From an uncultured Candidatus Saccharibacteria bacterium (GTDB taxonomy: Bacteria; Patescibacteriota; WWE3; CAZQFB01), in NCBI GenBank assembly GCA_964592525.1, contig CAZQFB010000005.1, forward strand, positions 1 to 58,687: DNA of 58,687 nt, read 5' to 3'. Under the pieces are notes generated by a model. It did not search any database and was not told the DNA's origin. It worked only from the letters and a program-made list of their open reading frames with translations. The position numbers were made by a program, and so were the translations under genes. This document shows, piece by piece, positions 18,725-31,100 of this stretch. Numbering within the stretch: the first letter of the stretch is position 1; the number at the start of each line of letters is the position of its first letter.

Positions 18725-18792
18725 GTTTTCCTTTCTCTTAAGTAACTAGGGGCTTTTTTCATAGTCCCCAGCCACTTCTTTAACCTTATGAC

Positions 18793-19983
18793 TTATTTAA
18801 GTACCTTAGTAATAACACCAGCCCCCATAGTATGACCACCCTCACGAATAGCAAACCTTAAACCTTCCTCTAAAGCTACCGGCGTCACCAACTTCACACC
18901 AAAATCAACATTATCACCAGGCATCACCATCTCCGTACCTTCCTGTAGCGTCACTTCTCCAGTCACATCAGTAGTCCGAAGGTAAAACTGTGGGCTGTAA
19001 CCACTAAAGAAAGGCGTATGACGACCACCCTCATCTTTACTAAGCACGTAAATTTGTGCCGCAAATTCTCGGTGTGGTGTTACCGAACCTTTTTTAGCTA
19101 ATACTTGACCACGTTCAACATCATCACGATTAATTCCCCGTAGTAAAATACCAACATTATCCCCAGCCTGACCTTCATCCAAAGCTTTCTTAAACATTTC
19201 CACCCCAGTCACCGTAGTAGTAACGGTGTCCTTAATGCCCACAATCTCTACCTCATCTCCTACTTTTACTATGCCTCTTTCAATTCGACCAGTAACTACC
19301 GTGCCACGTCCTTCAATAGAAAAGACGTCTTCAATAGGCATCAAGAAGGGTTTGTCTAACTGTCTTTCGGGGGTAGGAATATACTCATCAACCGCTTTAA
19401 TTAATTCTTTAACTGATGCAACAGCCTCCGCATCTCCTTCTAAAGCTTTAAGAGCTGAACCTCTAATAATGGGTATTTCCTCACCGGGATATTCATATTT
19501 AGTAAGCAGCTCTCTTAATTCCATTTCCACTAATTCGGCGATTTCATCTTTTTCAGAAGCGTCCAGCATATCCATCTTATTTAAATAAACAACTAAAGCT
19601 GGAACGTTAACCTGTCTCGCTAATAAAATATGCTCTTTTGTTTGAGGCATAGGACCATCAGCCGCAGAAACTACCAAAATAGCCCCATCCATTTGTGCCG
19701 CTCCAGTGATCATGTTTTTGATGTAATCAGCGTGACCAGGAGCATCAATATGAGCATAATGCCTCTTTTCTGATTCATACTCCACGTGAGCAATAGAAAT
19801 AGTAATACCTCTTTCTCGCTCTTCGGGAGCATTGTCGATTGAATCAAATTCTCTAAACTTAGAGGAACCTTCTTCGGCTAACACTTTAGTAATAGCTGAA
19901 GTAAGGGTTGTTTTACCGTGATCAACGTGACCAATAGTCCCGATATTCACGTGTGGTTTTGTTCTTTCAAATTTTTCGGCCAT
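18793..19983 (-). CDS. tuf: elongation factor Tu
   Basis: [27 protein letters not shown]. Confidence 0.99.
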   Translation of the reverse strand: MAEKFERTKPHVNIGTIGHVDHGKTTLTSAITKVLAEEGSSKFREFDSIDNAPEERERGITISIAHVEYESEKRHYAHIDAPGHADYIKNMITGAAQMDGAILVVSAADGPMPQTKEHILLARQVNVPALVVYLNKMDMLDASEKDEIAELVEMELRELLTKYEYPGEEIPIIRGSALKALEGDAEAVASVKELIKAVDEYIPTPERQLDKPFLMPIEDVFSIEGRGTVVTGRIERGIVKVGDEVEIVGIKDTVTTTVTGVEMFKKALDEGQAGDNVGILLRGINRDDVERGQVLAKKGSVTPHREFAAQIYVLSKDEGGRHTPFFSGYSPQFYLRTTDVTGEVTLQEGTEMVMPGDNVDFGVKLVTPVALEEGLRFAIREGGHTMGAGVITKVLK

Positions 19984-20048
19984 TTTTTACTCCTTTTTTA
20001 TTTATAAGCCACAAGCGCCGACAATATAACATATTGAAGCGATATAGG

Positions 20049-22166
20049 CTATCTACTTTTAATTATTCCTTCTGCTACGTTGATAGGTACTTCCTCATAA
20101 TGAGAAGGCTCCATATTAAAACTGGCTCTTCCTTGAGTCATACTTCTCAAAGTAGTAGCATAACCAAACATCTCAACCAAAGGTACTAAAGCGGATACCT
20201 CACGTAAATTACCCCGTGGCACGGTGCCTTCAATCTGACCCCTCTTGCCACTAAAATCACCAATAACATCACCCATAAAATTCTCTGGGCAAAGAACACT
20301 AACGCTCATAATGGGCTCTAACAAGACTGGGCTGGCTGCCCGCACTGCTTTCTGCAGTGCTTCGGAACCAGCTATCTTGAAGGCTATCTCGGAACTATCC
20401 ACCTCATGAAAGGAACCATCCAGCAGGGATATTTCAATATCAACAAGGGGGTAACCCGCCAAAACCCCTCGACCAAGAGCTTCTTCAATACCAGCTTTCA
20501 CCGCTGGGATGTACTCTTTGGGAATTGACCCACCTGTAATTTTATCAACAAAGATGTAGCCTTCTCCTCTCCCTCGGGGTGCAATTTTAATCACACAATG
20601 ACCATACTGCCCCCGACCACCAGACTGACGGACATATTTTCCTTCTGCTTCCACAATATTACGGACTGTTTCTCTAAAAGCCACTTGCGGCTTACCTGTT
20701 GTAGTATCCACACTAAATTCCCGACGCATTCTCTCCGTTAAGACCTCTAAATGCAACTCTCCCATACCATAAATAACTGTTTCCCCGGTTTCACTGTTGG
20801 TACTAACTCTAAAAGTTGGATCCTCCTCTGCCAACCGTGCTATGGCCAGACCCATTTTTTCCTGATCCGCTTTTGTTTTTGGCTCAATAGCTACTGATAT
20901 TACCGGCTCGGCAAAACTGATAGACTCAAGAACTACGGGAGCACTTTCATCACATAAAGTATCACCAGTGGTGGTCTTTTTCAGACCCACAACCGCAACA
21001 ATCTCACCAGCTTTAGCTTCCTGTACTTCTTCCCGGTTATTCGCATGCATTAATAACAGTCGCCCCACCCTTTCCTTTTCCCTTTTAGTGCTGTTGTACA
21101 AATAAGAACCAGCTTTGATAGTTCCAGAATAAACACGAACGTAGGTTAACCGACCAACATATTGATCTGTTTGGATTTTAAAAGCTAACGCTGCTAAAGC
21201 TTTTTCAGAATCTACTTCCAACAACACCTCTGCTTCATTTTTAGGATTAATGCCTTTAACCGCAGCTACTTCCAGAGGAGACGGTAGATAGTCAATCACT
21301 GCGTCTAACAAAATTTTTACGATCGCACGACGACCATCACCCCCTAAATAAGGATAAAAAGAACCAGCTAAAGTCGCTTTACGAATAGCCCTCCTTAGCA
21401 AGAGAGGGGTAATCTCTTCTCCACTTACGTACTTATCTAATACCTCTTCATCACTATCAGCCACTAATTCCAGCAACTCCAAACGGTATTTTTGCAGACT
21501 CCCTTGGAGTTCCTCGGGCACAGCAATCTCTTGCCAATCCAAACCATCAGCATCAACATAGGCGTAGGCTTTCTGTTCCACTAAATCGATTGTCCCATGA
21601 TAATCATGCTCAATCCCTAAAGGCAATTGGAGAGGACCCACATTAGGAGATAAGCGCTCTCTAACCGATTCTAGGCTTTTATAAAAATCCCCCCCTAACA
21701 GATTTAGTTTGTTGGCAAAAATAATACGAGGAACATGGTATTTATTGGCTTGGTTCCAGACTGTTTCGGATTGAGGTTCCACCCCCATTTTACCATCCAA
21801 TACCACTACTGCTCCGTCTAATACCCGCAAGGAACGTTCAACTTCAGCGGTGAAATCAACGTGACCAGGAGTGTCAATGATATTGATGCGGAAATCATCT
21901 CCTTGCTCCTGAAGCCATTGCCTGGGAGACCAAAAACAGGTTGTGGCAGCCGAAGTAATAGTAATACCTCGCTCTCTTTCCTGATCCATCCAATCCATAG
22001 TCGCCTCACCTTCGTGCACTTCACCTATCTTATAGGAGCGACCAGTATAAAAAAGCACGCGTTCGGTAATAGTCGTTTTACCGGCATCAATATGAGCAAT
22101 AATGCCAATATTGCGAATTCTTTCTAACGGATATTCTTTAGTGATGGTTTTGTTATGTACGGCCAT
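20049..22166 (-). CDS. fusA: elongation factor G (non-canonical G4/G5)
   Basis: [41 protein letters not shown]4 is NKLN and the G5 region is GGDGR. Confidence 0.97.
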   Translation of the reverse strand: MAVHNKTITKEYPLERIRNIGIIAHIDAGKTTITERVLFYTGRSYKIGEVHEGEATMDWMDQERERGITITSAATTCFWSPRQWLQEQGDDFRINIIDTPGHVDFTAEVERSLRVLDGAVVVLDGKMGVEPQSETVWNQANKYHVPRIIFANKLNLLGGDFYKSLESVRERLSPNVGPLQLPLGIEHDYHGTIDLVEQKAYAYVDADGLDWQEIAVPEELQGSLQKYRLELLELVADSDEEVLDKYVSGEEITPLLLRRAIRKATLAGSFYPYLGGDGRRAIVKILLDAVIDYLPSPLEVAAVKGINPKNEAEVLLEVDSEKALAALAFKIQTDQYVGRLTYVRVYSGTIKAGSYLYNSTKREKERVGRLLLMHANNREEVQEAKAGEIVAVVGLKKTTTGDTLCDESAPVVLESISFAEPVISVAIEPKTKADQEKMGLAIARLAEEDPTFRVSTNSETGETVIYGMGELHLEVLTERMRREFSVDTTTGKPQVAFRETVRNIVEAEGKYVRQSGGRGQYGHCVIKIAPRGRGEGYIFVDKITGGSIPKEYIPAVKAGIEEALGRGVLAGYPLVDIEISLLDGSFHEVDSSEIAFKIAGSEALQKAVRAASPVLLEPIMSVSVLCPENFMGDVIGDFSGKRGQIEGTVPRGNLREVSALVPLVEMFGYATTLRSMTQGRASFNMEPSHYEEVPINVAEGIIKSR

Positions 22167-22250
22167 ACTTTAATAGTAACGATAAACAAAAAATCCCCAC
22201 AATTCCAAGGGATCTGAGCAGAGACTCAGTTGTTGACCCGAAGCGGATGT

Positions 22251-22278
22251 ATTTTAACAGACAAGTAACCTATGTCAA
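22251..22278 (-). promoter_or_regulatory. sigma70-type promoter for fusA
   Basis: TTGACA (22278-22273), 16-nt spacer, TGn-TAAAAT (22256-22251). Confidence 0.65.
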
Positions 22279-22302
22279 CAGATTAATAGCGTAAATATAA
22301 GC

Positions 22303-23496
22303 TTAACGGACCATAAGATTAATAGTTGTTGTGGTTGAATCTCCTCCCAAGTCATAAGCTACTGCTGTGAACACATGGCTACCACTTGAAGGCTTCTCGG
22401 TTAAAAAGTACCAGTTTTCCTCCACCTGTATCCCCGGACCCTCAAAACAAATCTCATGTTCGGTAAGATCGGATGACGTACGAACATCATAATAAGTGTT
22501 ATCACTAGCAAAAATATGAATGAACCCTAGATCAATTAAACAATCATCAACCACCCCAGACCAGTTACGATAATGGCGAAAGTTATAAGAGAAATTTTTT
22601 TCCATTACCTGTTTCTCTAACCACTGCCGACTGCTCTTACTCGCCTCTGATTGTTTTTGAAAATCAACCGCAACAGTATCACCAGACAAAGCCCTAGCAG
22701 ACACTACCCCAACTTCCCCACCATCAATAAAAAAATGGGTTGCCTGGACGTCTTCACCGGTAGCGAGTACCCTCGCTCTAAATTGCAGACCGTTTCCTCG
22801 CTGTTGCACTGAAAGGTAAAGCTCCGGACCCAACTCATCACTTTTAGCTAAAGGGCTAGCACCAGATATTTCGAGAGAAGCAAAAACCGTGTTTATGACG
22901 TCAGTATAATCATAATCATTGACGCTTAACAAAGCCTGAAAAAGGTAGGTTTGTTCACCATGAATCAAATAATAATCTTGTCGCACTATGTTTTCTTGGC
23001 TTTTTGGAGCTGCTGCCAAAAAGCGATGGTTGGTAAAGGTTGTAGAGGTCAAGGTCTCCACTTGTTCTGGTGCTTGTTGTTTAACCGTAATAATCAGTAC
23101 TGGTTGCGTACCAAGACGTAAATCATGCGTAGAATAAAAGAGATAATTAGCTTCGGGATATAGAGGATCGCTTGACCGCCTTTCCCAATAAGGCGGATAG
23201 TACAAGGTGGTTTCCTTACTAGCGCCAAATTCAAAGTGCTGCCAATTTTCTATTTTTGAGGGTTTACTTTCTAAGACACCCTCTTGGGCATTAACTAAAG
23301 TAACTGCCGCATCTATCTCTTTTCCGGTTTGCTGCCTAAATAGACCAATACCCAAGCCACAGGAAAAAAACAGTAAAACAAAAACAACACCATAAATCAC
23401 CCGCAACCAATTAATTGATCTTGAAAGGTTTAGGGGTGAAGTAGCAATAAACACCACCCTACGACCGGGTGGGAGTGCTTTCTTTCTTGTTGTCAT
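22303..23496 (-). CDS. membrane-anchored exported protein (PsbP-like segment plus Ig-like C-terminus) inserted in the str operon
   Basis: One N-terminal TM (VIYGVVFVLLFFSCGLGIGLF), a W..F...LYYPPYW motif, and a C-terminal GSHVFTAVAYD..G..TTTTINLMV Ig-like strand pattern. Confidence 0.6.
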   Translation of the reverse strand: MTTRKKALPPGRRVVFIATSPLNLSRSINWLRVIYGVVFVLLFFSCGLGIGLFRQQTGKEIDAAVTLVNAQEGVLESKPSKIENWQHFEFGASKETTLYYPPYWERRSSDPLYPEANYLFYSTHDLRLGTQPVLIITVKQQAPEQVETLTSTTFTNHRFLAAAPKSQENIVRQDYYLIHGEQTYLFQALLSVNDYDYTDVINTVFASLEISGASPLAKSDELGPELYLSVQQRGNGLQFRARVLATGEDVQATHFFIDGGEVGVVSARALSGDTVAVDFQKQSEASKSSRQWLEKQVMEKNFSYNFRHYRNWSGVVDDCLIDLGFIHIFASDNTYYDVRTSSDLTEHEICFEGPGIQVEENWYFLTEKPSSGSHVFTAVAYDLGGDSTTTTINLMVR

Positions 23497-23534
23497 GACT
23501 TTAATTCTAACAAAGAATTATCAGGTTACGGAGA

Positions 23535-24002
23535 TTACCAACGAAAATGGGAAAAGGCTCGGTTAGCTTCGGCCATTTTATAAGTGACTTCTTTTTTATG
23601 CATAGCCTCCCCAGTCTCTTTACTCGCAGCAAGCAGTTCTTGGGATAATTTAGTAGCTAAAGAGGCACCCTTTTTTTTGCGAACCGCATCAATAATCCAG
23701 CGTAAGGCCAATGCTTCACCACGATCCTGCCTAACCGGAACCGGTACTTGATAGTTAGCTCCCCCAACCCGTCGAGAGCGCACTTCCACCGAAGGAGTAA
23801 CATTAGCTACCGCTGTCTGCAATATTTGCAACGCTTTATCCTTATCTTGATCAAGCATCGCCAACGACTCATAGACAGCCTTTTGGGCAATGCTTTTTTT
23901 ACCAGCAACCATTAAATTATTAATAAACCGACTCACCAAACGAGAGTTATATTTTGGATCTGAAGAGAGTGGCTTTTTAGTGACTTTTCTACCTCTAGAC
24001 AT
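23535..24002 (-). CDS. rpsG: 30S ribosomal protein S7
   Basis: GKKSIA, VEVRSRRVGGANYQVP, MAEANRAFSHFRW. Confidence 0.99.
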   Translation of the reverse strand: MSRGRKVTKKPLSSDPKYNSRLVSRFINNLMVAGKKSIAQKAVYESLAMLDQDKDKALQILQTAVANVTPSVEVRSRRVGGANYQVPVPVRQDRGEALALRWIIDAVRKKKGASLATKLSQELLAASKETGEAMHKKEVTYKMAEANRAFSHFRW

Positions 24003-24008
24003 AAGCTG

Positions 24009-24416
24009 CTATTCCCTCCGAGTACCGTATTTAGAGCGAGAACTTTTTCGCCCCTGTACTCCAGATAAGTCATAATGACCCCTCACAATAGTATATTTAA
24101 TCCCCGGTAAATCTTTAACCTTTCCACCCCGAACTAACACAATAGAATGTTCTTGGAGATTATGTCCCTCACCAGGAATATAGGCTGTAATCTCACGACG
24201 GTTGGATAACCTCACTCGGGCAACCTTACGAATAGCTGAATTTGGTTTGGAAGGCGTCATGGTTTTAACTTGCACACAAACCCCTCTTTTAAAAGGAGAG
24301 CCAGTTCTAACCTGACGTCTTTTGAGTGTATTAAAAGAAGAGGACAAAGCTGGAGCTTCTTTTTTACCAGCTTTTTTCTTCCGATTACTATTCAGTAGTT
24401 GATTTATAGTTGGCAT
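24009..24416 (-). CDS. rpsL: 30S ribosomal protein S12
   Basis: [35 protein letters not shown]. Confidence 0.99.
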   Translation of the reverse strand: MPTINQLLNSNRKKKAGKKEAPALSSSFNTLKRRQVRTGSPFKRGVCVQVKTMTPSKPNSAIRKVARVRLSNRREITAYIPGEGHNLQEHSIVLVRGGKVKDLPGIKYTIVRGHYDLSGVQGRKSSRSKYGTRRE

Positions 24417-24418
24417 TT

Positions 24419-27400
24419 TTATGACTCTCCCACCTCATCTTCGGGTATAGGAGCAAAATCTCCCACAGGAATCCTACGCCCAATAATCACATTTTCTTTT
24501 AGACCGTGGAGTCGGTCCACTTTACCGGACATGGAAGCTTCCGTCAAGACACGCGAAGTTTCCTGAAAAGAAGCCGCCGCCAAAAAGCTATCTGTTCTTA
24601 ACGCTGCTTTCGTAATACCCATTACTAAAGGTTTCGCAGTTGGCAGTTTCTTATTTTTTAGTTTGGCGCACACTTTCGCAAAATCAGTTTTATTAACAAC
24701 ATCTCCCGGAATATAGCTAGAATCACCCAGATCATCAATAACAACCTTGGCAAACATTTGCCGCAAAATAACTTCGGTATGTTTATCATTTACGGCCACT
24801 CCCTGGCTGGAATAAACATTTTGAATTTCTTCCAACAGATAACGCTGGGTCTCCCGGATACCAACTTCTTTAATTAATATTTTCGGGTCAAGGTAACCTT
24901 CTGTTAAAGGCGTGCCTACACCAACTAAATCCCCATCCTTAACTTTCATATCTAAAATCTTCGGTAATTGATATTCAACGGGATCACCTTTTCCCTGTGG
25001 TTGGACAATCGCAAAAACCTCTCCTTCTTTTTCTTTAATCTTAACCACCCCAGCTACTTCACTAGTTACTGCTTTAAATTTAGGCGTTCTGGCTTCAAAT
25101 AATTCGGTTATTCTGGGCAAACCTTGAGTGATATCCTTACCGACAATACCACCAGTATGAAAGGTTCTAAGCGTAAGTTGAGTTCCGGGTTCACCTATAG
25201 ATTGTGCTGCCACCACCCCTATGGGGGTACCGATCCTTACCATGCGGCGATTAGCCAGATCAAGACCGTAGCACATACTACAAACACCCACTTCGGACTC
25301 ACAACTTATTGGTGAGCGGACTATGATCTCGTCTAAACCGGCTTGATCAATTCTCTCGGCTATCTCTGCGGTAATTAAACCATTCTTTTTAACTAGAATC
25401 TTACCGGTACCGTCCTTAACCATAGCAGCAGCCACACGACCAAACAACCTTTCCGCATAGGAAGAAAGGGCCACTTGCTGTTCTCGACGGACTTTATAAC
25501 CTTCATTGGTACCACAGTCGATCTCGGTAATTAATACTTCCTGTGATACATCAACCAATTTTCGGGTTAAGTAACCAGAATCTGCTGTTTTCAAGGCTGT
25601 ATCAGCTAAAGCTTTTCTAGCAGCACGCGCCCCGGTAAAATATTCCAAGCCACTAAGACCTTTTCTAAAGTTTGATTTAATAGGCAACTCAACCACATTA
25701 CCACTAACATCGTAGACCAGTCCCTTCATACCCCCTAATTGTTTTACCTGTTCTCGAGAAGCCCGGGAAGCTCCAGCATTAACAATTACTTTAACGTCAT
25801 TATCTTCATCTAATTCTTGCCAGGTTAGTTCGTCTAATTCACGTGTGGCACTCATCCAAACCCCTTCCAAAAGAGCAGCTTTCTCTTTTTTGGTGATTAA
25901 TCCTCTTTCGTAGTTTTTACTCACTTCCAAAGCTTTCTTCTCCGCTTCATGCAACACTTCCTCCCGCTTAGGGGAAATGACATTATCAAAAATTGAAACC
26001 GAAACCCCAGATAAGGTTGAATACTTAAAACCTAAATTTTTAATAGCATCAATAAATTTTACAGTAACATCCTCTGGCTCGGTCACAATGCTCTTATCCA
26101 CTAATTTTTTAATAACCTTCTTGTCAATCACGTCATTATAAAAACGTAAGGATTCGGGTATAACTTGGTTAATTAACACGCGACCTGGGGAAGTGTCTAA
26201 CAGCTCCTCTTGATAATACATTTTGATTTGCTGTTTAAGAAAAACTGCTTCACAATCAAGTGCCATTAATACCTCTTCAGGATCACCAAAAATAGAGCGG
26301 TGAGGTGTTATCTTTGGATCAATACTAGTCAAATAATAAGTACCTAAAGCCATCTCCTTAACCGGCACCGCAATAGGATCACCATCAGCTGGTTTAAGCA
26401 GGTTTTTGGCTGATAACATCAAGGTACAAGCTTCCGCCCGAGCTTTCTTAGACAACGGCACATGGACCGACATCTGGTCACCATCAAAATCCGCATTAAA
26501 TCCGGAACATACACAAGGATGTAGCTGAATAGCATTACCTTCAATTAAACGTGGGAAAAAAGCCAAGATACCCAAACGGTGTAAGGTGGGTGCTCGGTTT
26601 AATAAGACAGGATAATTTTGCACGACACGTTCCAAAGCATCCCAAACTTCTCGTGAGCGACCTTCCAAAAAATAACGGGCGCTCTTTGGGTTAGGAGCAT
26701 AGCCATCAAGTAATATCTCCCTAATCACAAAAGGCTTGAAAAGCTCTAGAGCCATTTCTTTCGGCAAGCCTGTTTCGGATAGAGCTAAGGAGGGACCGGG
26801 CACCACCACACTTCGACCGGAGTAATCAACCCTTTTACCCAAAAGGTTTTGCCTAAACCGACCTTGTTTACCTTTAAGCATATCGGTCAATGAACGCAGA
26901 GCCTGTTTACTGCGTCTGACGCGATAGCGCTGAACCTTACCACTATCTATCAAGGCATCTACCGATTCCTGTAACATTCTCTTTTCATTACGGACAATAA
27001 TTTCGGGAGCGCCAAGATCAAGAAGCCTTTTGAGACGATTATTTCTATTTATTACCGCCCGATACAAGTCATTCAAGTCAGACGTGGCAAAACGCCCGCC
27101 TTCCAGCTGCACCATTGGTCTTAAATCTGGGGGAATTATGGGTAAGACCGTTAGCACCATCCATTCGGGTCGTACTTGCCCTTCGCGTAGACTTTCTACT
27201 ACTCCTATCCTCTTGACCAACTTGGTTTTTTTCTGACCGGTAACCTTTAGCATTTGCTGACTTAATTCTTTTGCCAATCTATCAAGATTAATGCCTTCCA
27301 GAACCGTTCTCACTGCCTCTGCCCCCATGCCCACTTGAGCAAACTTTTCTAGCATTTCCGCTAGCATAAAATAATCTTCTTCTGCGAGAATAGAACGCTC

Positions 27401-28117
27401 TTCTATTTTCTCAAGAGAGTTAATCATCCCTTGATATGTATTTTCTATTTCTGCAGTCTCGTGTAAAAATTGTTCGTTTATTTCCGCTAATTTTTTCCGA
27501 GAATGGTGTAAGAGTTCTTCCTTAGCTAGTTCTAATTGTTCTTTATCGGTCACTTGAATCGCCTTAACCTTCTGTGAAGCTTCTTTCCTTTGTAAGTCTT
27601 CTCTTTCTTTATATTTAGCTTTTGCTGAAGCTAAAGTGCTGGCTAGCTCTTTTTCTAATTCGGCTACAACTTTAGCTCTTTTAGCATAATCAACCGCAAC
27701 TACCATATAACGAGAAAAGTAAATAACGCTCTCTAAAAGACGAGGAGAAATATCTAATAACAAGCCCAGTTTGGAAGGCACTCCTCGAAAATACCAAGCA
27801 TGGGCAACTGGTGCCGCAAGTTTTACGTGACCCATTCTTTCACGTCGTACCTTCTTCCTGGTCACTTCCACACCGCACTTATCACAAACAATACCCTTGT
27901 ACCGAATTCTTTTGTACTTACCGCAATAACACTCAAAATCCTTGGTGGGACCAAAAATTCTCTCATCAAATAAACCGTCTTTTTCGGCCCTAAAAGTGCG
28001 GTAGTTGATAGTTTCTGGCTTAGTCACTTCACCATAAGACCACGACAACACTTTTTCAGGTGAAGCTACTGAAATCTTAAGGGCTTCAAAATCTTTTAAC
28101 CTTTGTAGTTTATCCAT
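24419..28117 (-). CDS. rpoC: RNA polymerase beta' subunit
   Basis: [48 protein letters not shown]-terminal coiled-coil insert. Confidence 0.99.
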   Translation of the reverse strand: MDKLQRLKDFEALKISVASPEKVLSWSYGEVTKPETINYRTFRAEKDGLFDERIFGPTKDFECYCGKYKRIRYKGIVCDKCGVEVTRKKVRRERMGHVKLAAPVAHAWYFRGVPSKLGLLLDISPRLLESVIYFSRYMVVAVDYAKRAKVVAELEKELASTLASAKAKYKEREDLQRKEASQKVKAIQVTDKEQLELAKEELLHHSRKKLAEINEQFLHETAEIENTYQGMINSLEKIEERSILAEEDYFMLAEMLEKFAQVGMGAEAVRTVLEGINLDRLAKELSQQMLKVTGQKKTKLVKRIGVVESLREGQVRPEWMVLTVLPIIPPDLRPMVQLEGGRFATSDLNDLYRAVINRNNRLKRLLDLGAPEIIVRNEKRMLQESVDALIDSGKVQRYRVRRSKQALRSLTDMLKGKQGRFRQNLLGKRVDYSGRSVVVPGPSLALSETGLPKEMALELFKPFVIREILLDGYAPNPKSARYFLEGRSREVWDALERVVQNYPVLLNRAPTLHRLGILAFFPRLIEGNAIQLHPCVCSGFNADFDGDQMSVHVPLSKKARAEACTLMLSAKNLLKPADGDPIAVPVKEMALGTYYLTSIDPKITPHRSIFGDPEEVLMALDCEAVFLKQQIKMYYQEELLDTSPGRVLINQVIPESLRFYNDVIDKKVIKKLVDKSIVTEPEDVTVKFIDAIKNLGFKYSTLSGVSVSIFDNVISPKREEVLHEAEKKALEVSKNYERGLITKKEKAALLEGVWMSATRELDELTWQELDEDNDVKVIVNAGASRASREQVKQLGGMKGLVYDVSGNVVELPIKSNFRKGLSGLEYFTGARAARKALADTALKTADSGYLTRKLVDVSQEVLITEIDCGTNEGYKVRREQQVALSSYAERLFGRVAAAMVKDGTGKILVKKNGLITAEIAERIDQAGLDEIIVRSPISCESEVGVCSMCYGLDLANRRMVRIGTPIGVVAAQSIGEPGTQLTLRTFHTGGIVGKDITQGLPRITELFEARTPKFKAVTSEVAGVVKIKEKEGEVFAIVQPQGKGDPVEYQLPKILDMKVKDGDLVGVGTPLTEGYLDPKILIKEVGIRETQRYLLEEIQNVYSSQGVAVNDKHTEVILRQMFAKVVIDDLGDSSYIPGDVVNKTDFAKVCAKLKNKKLPTAKPLVMGITKAALRTDSFLAAASFQETSRVLTEASMSGKVDRLHGLKENVIIGRRIPVGDFAPIPEDEVGES

Positions 28118-28123
28118 ATACAG

Positions 28124-31100
28124 TTATGAGGCAGCCTCTTCTGCCTTTTCTTTTTTGTTTTTTTCCCCCATATCTTCATCTTCTTCCCCATCTGACTCAA
28201 CTACCCCCAGGGGCTCAATATCAAGAACTAAACCATTCAATTCCCTCACAAGTAGTTTAAAGGATTCCGGGATACCGGGCTCCGGGACTGGTTGACCGGT
28301 AATAATTGCACGATAAGCCTTAGTTCTACCCACCAAGTCATCACTTTTTATAGTCAACATTTCTTGCAGTACAAACCCCGCACTGTAAGCTTCTAAAGCC
28401 CAAACCTCCATCTCACCAAACCTTTGACCCCCAAATTGCGCTTTACCTCCTAAGGGTTGTTGCGTAATCAAAGAATAAGGACCAGTAGACCGAGCATGGA
28501 TTTTATCCTCTGATAAATGTAATAGTTTTAAAATATGTGGATAACCAATAACCACATCCCTGTCAAACTTGTGACCTGTCCGTCCATCAATTAATGTCGC
28601 CTTACCACTCGTCGGTAAGGAAGCTTTCTTTAACTCTTCAAGCAAACAACTTTCATCAAACTGCTCAAAAACAGGCACTGCGTATTTTAAATTATTTTTC
28701 CGCGCTGCCAAGCTCAAGTGGTTTTCTAAAAGTTGACCAACATTCATGCGACCAATCACATTGACGGCGGGAATGATAATATCAATTGGCGTACCATCTT
28801 CTAAGTGAGGCATGTCTTCTACGGGTACTATTTTTGAAATTACCCCCTTATTACCATGCCTTCCAGCCAATTTATCACCGACCATAATTTTTCTAATTTG
28901 CGCTACCCGTACAGATATTTCTTTAATCACCCCAGCCTGTAGTTCTTCATTATCTTCTTTACTAATTTCCTTTATACCAATCACCGTACCATATTCACCA
29001 TGAGGCATTTTGAGGGAATTATCCCTCACTTCTCGAGCTTTTTCACCAAAAATCGCGCGGAGTAATCTTTCTTCCGCCGTCAACTCTGTTTCACCTTTAG
29101 GAGCAATTTTACCAACTAAAATATCTCCCGATTTGACTTTAGCGCCTAAATAAACAATACCAGTGTTATCAAGATTTCTAAGAGATTCTTCGGAAACATT
29201 TGGTATGTCACGCGTAATTTCTTCGGGACCAAGCTTCGTTTCTAAAACCTGAACAGTATGCTCGGAGATATGAATTGAAGAGAGCAGATCGTCTTGCACC
29301 GTCTTTTCGGATAAAATGATGGCGTCTTCATAACCATAACCATACCAAGCCATATAGGCACACAGTAAATTAGCGCCTAAGGCAAGCTCACCCTGATCGG
29401 TTGAGGGACCATCAACTAATAAATCGCCTTTTTTAATTTTTTGTTTTAAGGAAACCACAGGGTGTTGCGAAAATTCGGTATCATTATTTGTCCGGATATA
29501 TTTCTTTAGGAGGTAAGCATATTTTTTCCCTGATTTACCAAGTAATTCTACTTTAGCAGCATCAACATAAGTTATTTCCCCGTTTTCTGAAGCATAAATA
29601 TTAGCCCCTGTATTACGAGCAATATCCCTCTCCATCCCTGTCCCAACCAAAGGAGCGGTGGTTTTAATCAGAGGCACTGCTTGAGTCTGCATATTGGAGG
29701 CCATTAAGGCTCGCGAAGGATCATCGTGAGCGACAAAAGGAATAAGAGAGGACGAAGCACCTACTAACTGACGAGGCACCAGATCCATATAACTTGCTTC
29801 CTGCGCCTGACCAATGTAAAACTCACCTCTACGGCGTAAGGGGATGAGCGCATCAATTATATAACCTTGTTTATCAACGCGAATAGAAGCTTCGGTAATT
29901 GAATACTTACAATCTTCATACGCAGGTAAATAAACTACTTCATCAGTAACCCGCATATGCCCATTTTTTGCCTTTTCCAATTTACGGTAAGGCGTCTCTA
30001 AAAAACCATACTTATTAACACGAGCATAAAGAGCCAAGTAACTGACCAAACCAATTTTAGGCCCCTCGGGTGTTCTGATAGCACAAATACGACCATAATG
30101 TGAATAATGAGCATCTCGAACCGAAAAAGAAGCTCGTTCTTCAGACAACCCGCCTGGTCCAGCTACCGACAAACGTCGTAAGTGGTCCAAGCCAGCAAGC
30201 AAATTGGTTTGGTCATGGTATTGAGATAATTGATTAGAAGCAAAAAATGAATGAATCCGAGCCTCTACTGGTCGAGGGGAAATAAGAATAGCGGGCAGTG
30301 GGACCCCCTCTTCACCTGATTGTAAACTCATTCTTTCTTTAATATGTTTTTCCGTCTGTAATAAACCAACCCGCATCTCACGTTGGATCAGTTCCCCTAC
30401 CGTTTTAACCCTTCTATTAGCTAAGTTGTCAATATCCGAGTATTCTCCCTCGCCATTGTTTAATTTAATCACTTCTTTAATAACCCCAATCAGGTCTTCT
30501 TTTGAAAGCAGTTTCGCTTCTTCAGTACTTTCCACATTTAACGTTTTGTTCAATTTAAAACGACCAACCTCCCCCATGTTATAACGACGAGGATTAAAAA
30601 ACATATCCTGAATTACCGCCCGAGCATTATCTAAAACTAAAGGCTCTCCTGGACGCAACTTTTTAAATAATTCAATTACCGCTTCATCAACATTATGGGA
30701 AGGGTCTTTCTCCAAAGAAGCAGTAATATAATCTCGCTCCTCATTGGTATTAACATCAGCAAAAGTTTTCCTAATTAAATCATCATTTTCTAGCCCAAAA
30801 ATTCTAAGTAGCACCGTAGCAGAGACTTTACGATAACGATTCACCCTTACCGTTAAAATGTTCTTTTTGGAGGTGGAAAATTCCAACCAAGCACCACTTT
30901 TTGGTAATATTTTCGCTCGGGACAAGCGCCATTTAGTTACTGGATCAACCTCGCCTTCAAAATAAACTCCCTCGCTTTTTAATAATTGATTAATAATTAC
31001 CCTCTCCACCCCATTAATAATAAAAGTACCCCTTTCGGTCATGAGAGGTAACTCCCCCATATAGACAATTGAGGATTTAGCACTAGTACCGGGAATGTTT

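Noticed and set aside
4282-30250. Many plus-strand ORFs of 60-140 aa opposite ribosomal, rpo and fus/tuf genes, plus off-frame minus ORFs
   Set aside because: Shadow ORFs of highly conserved genes; no independent evidence.
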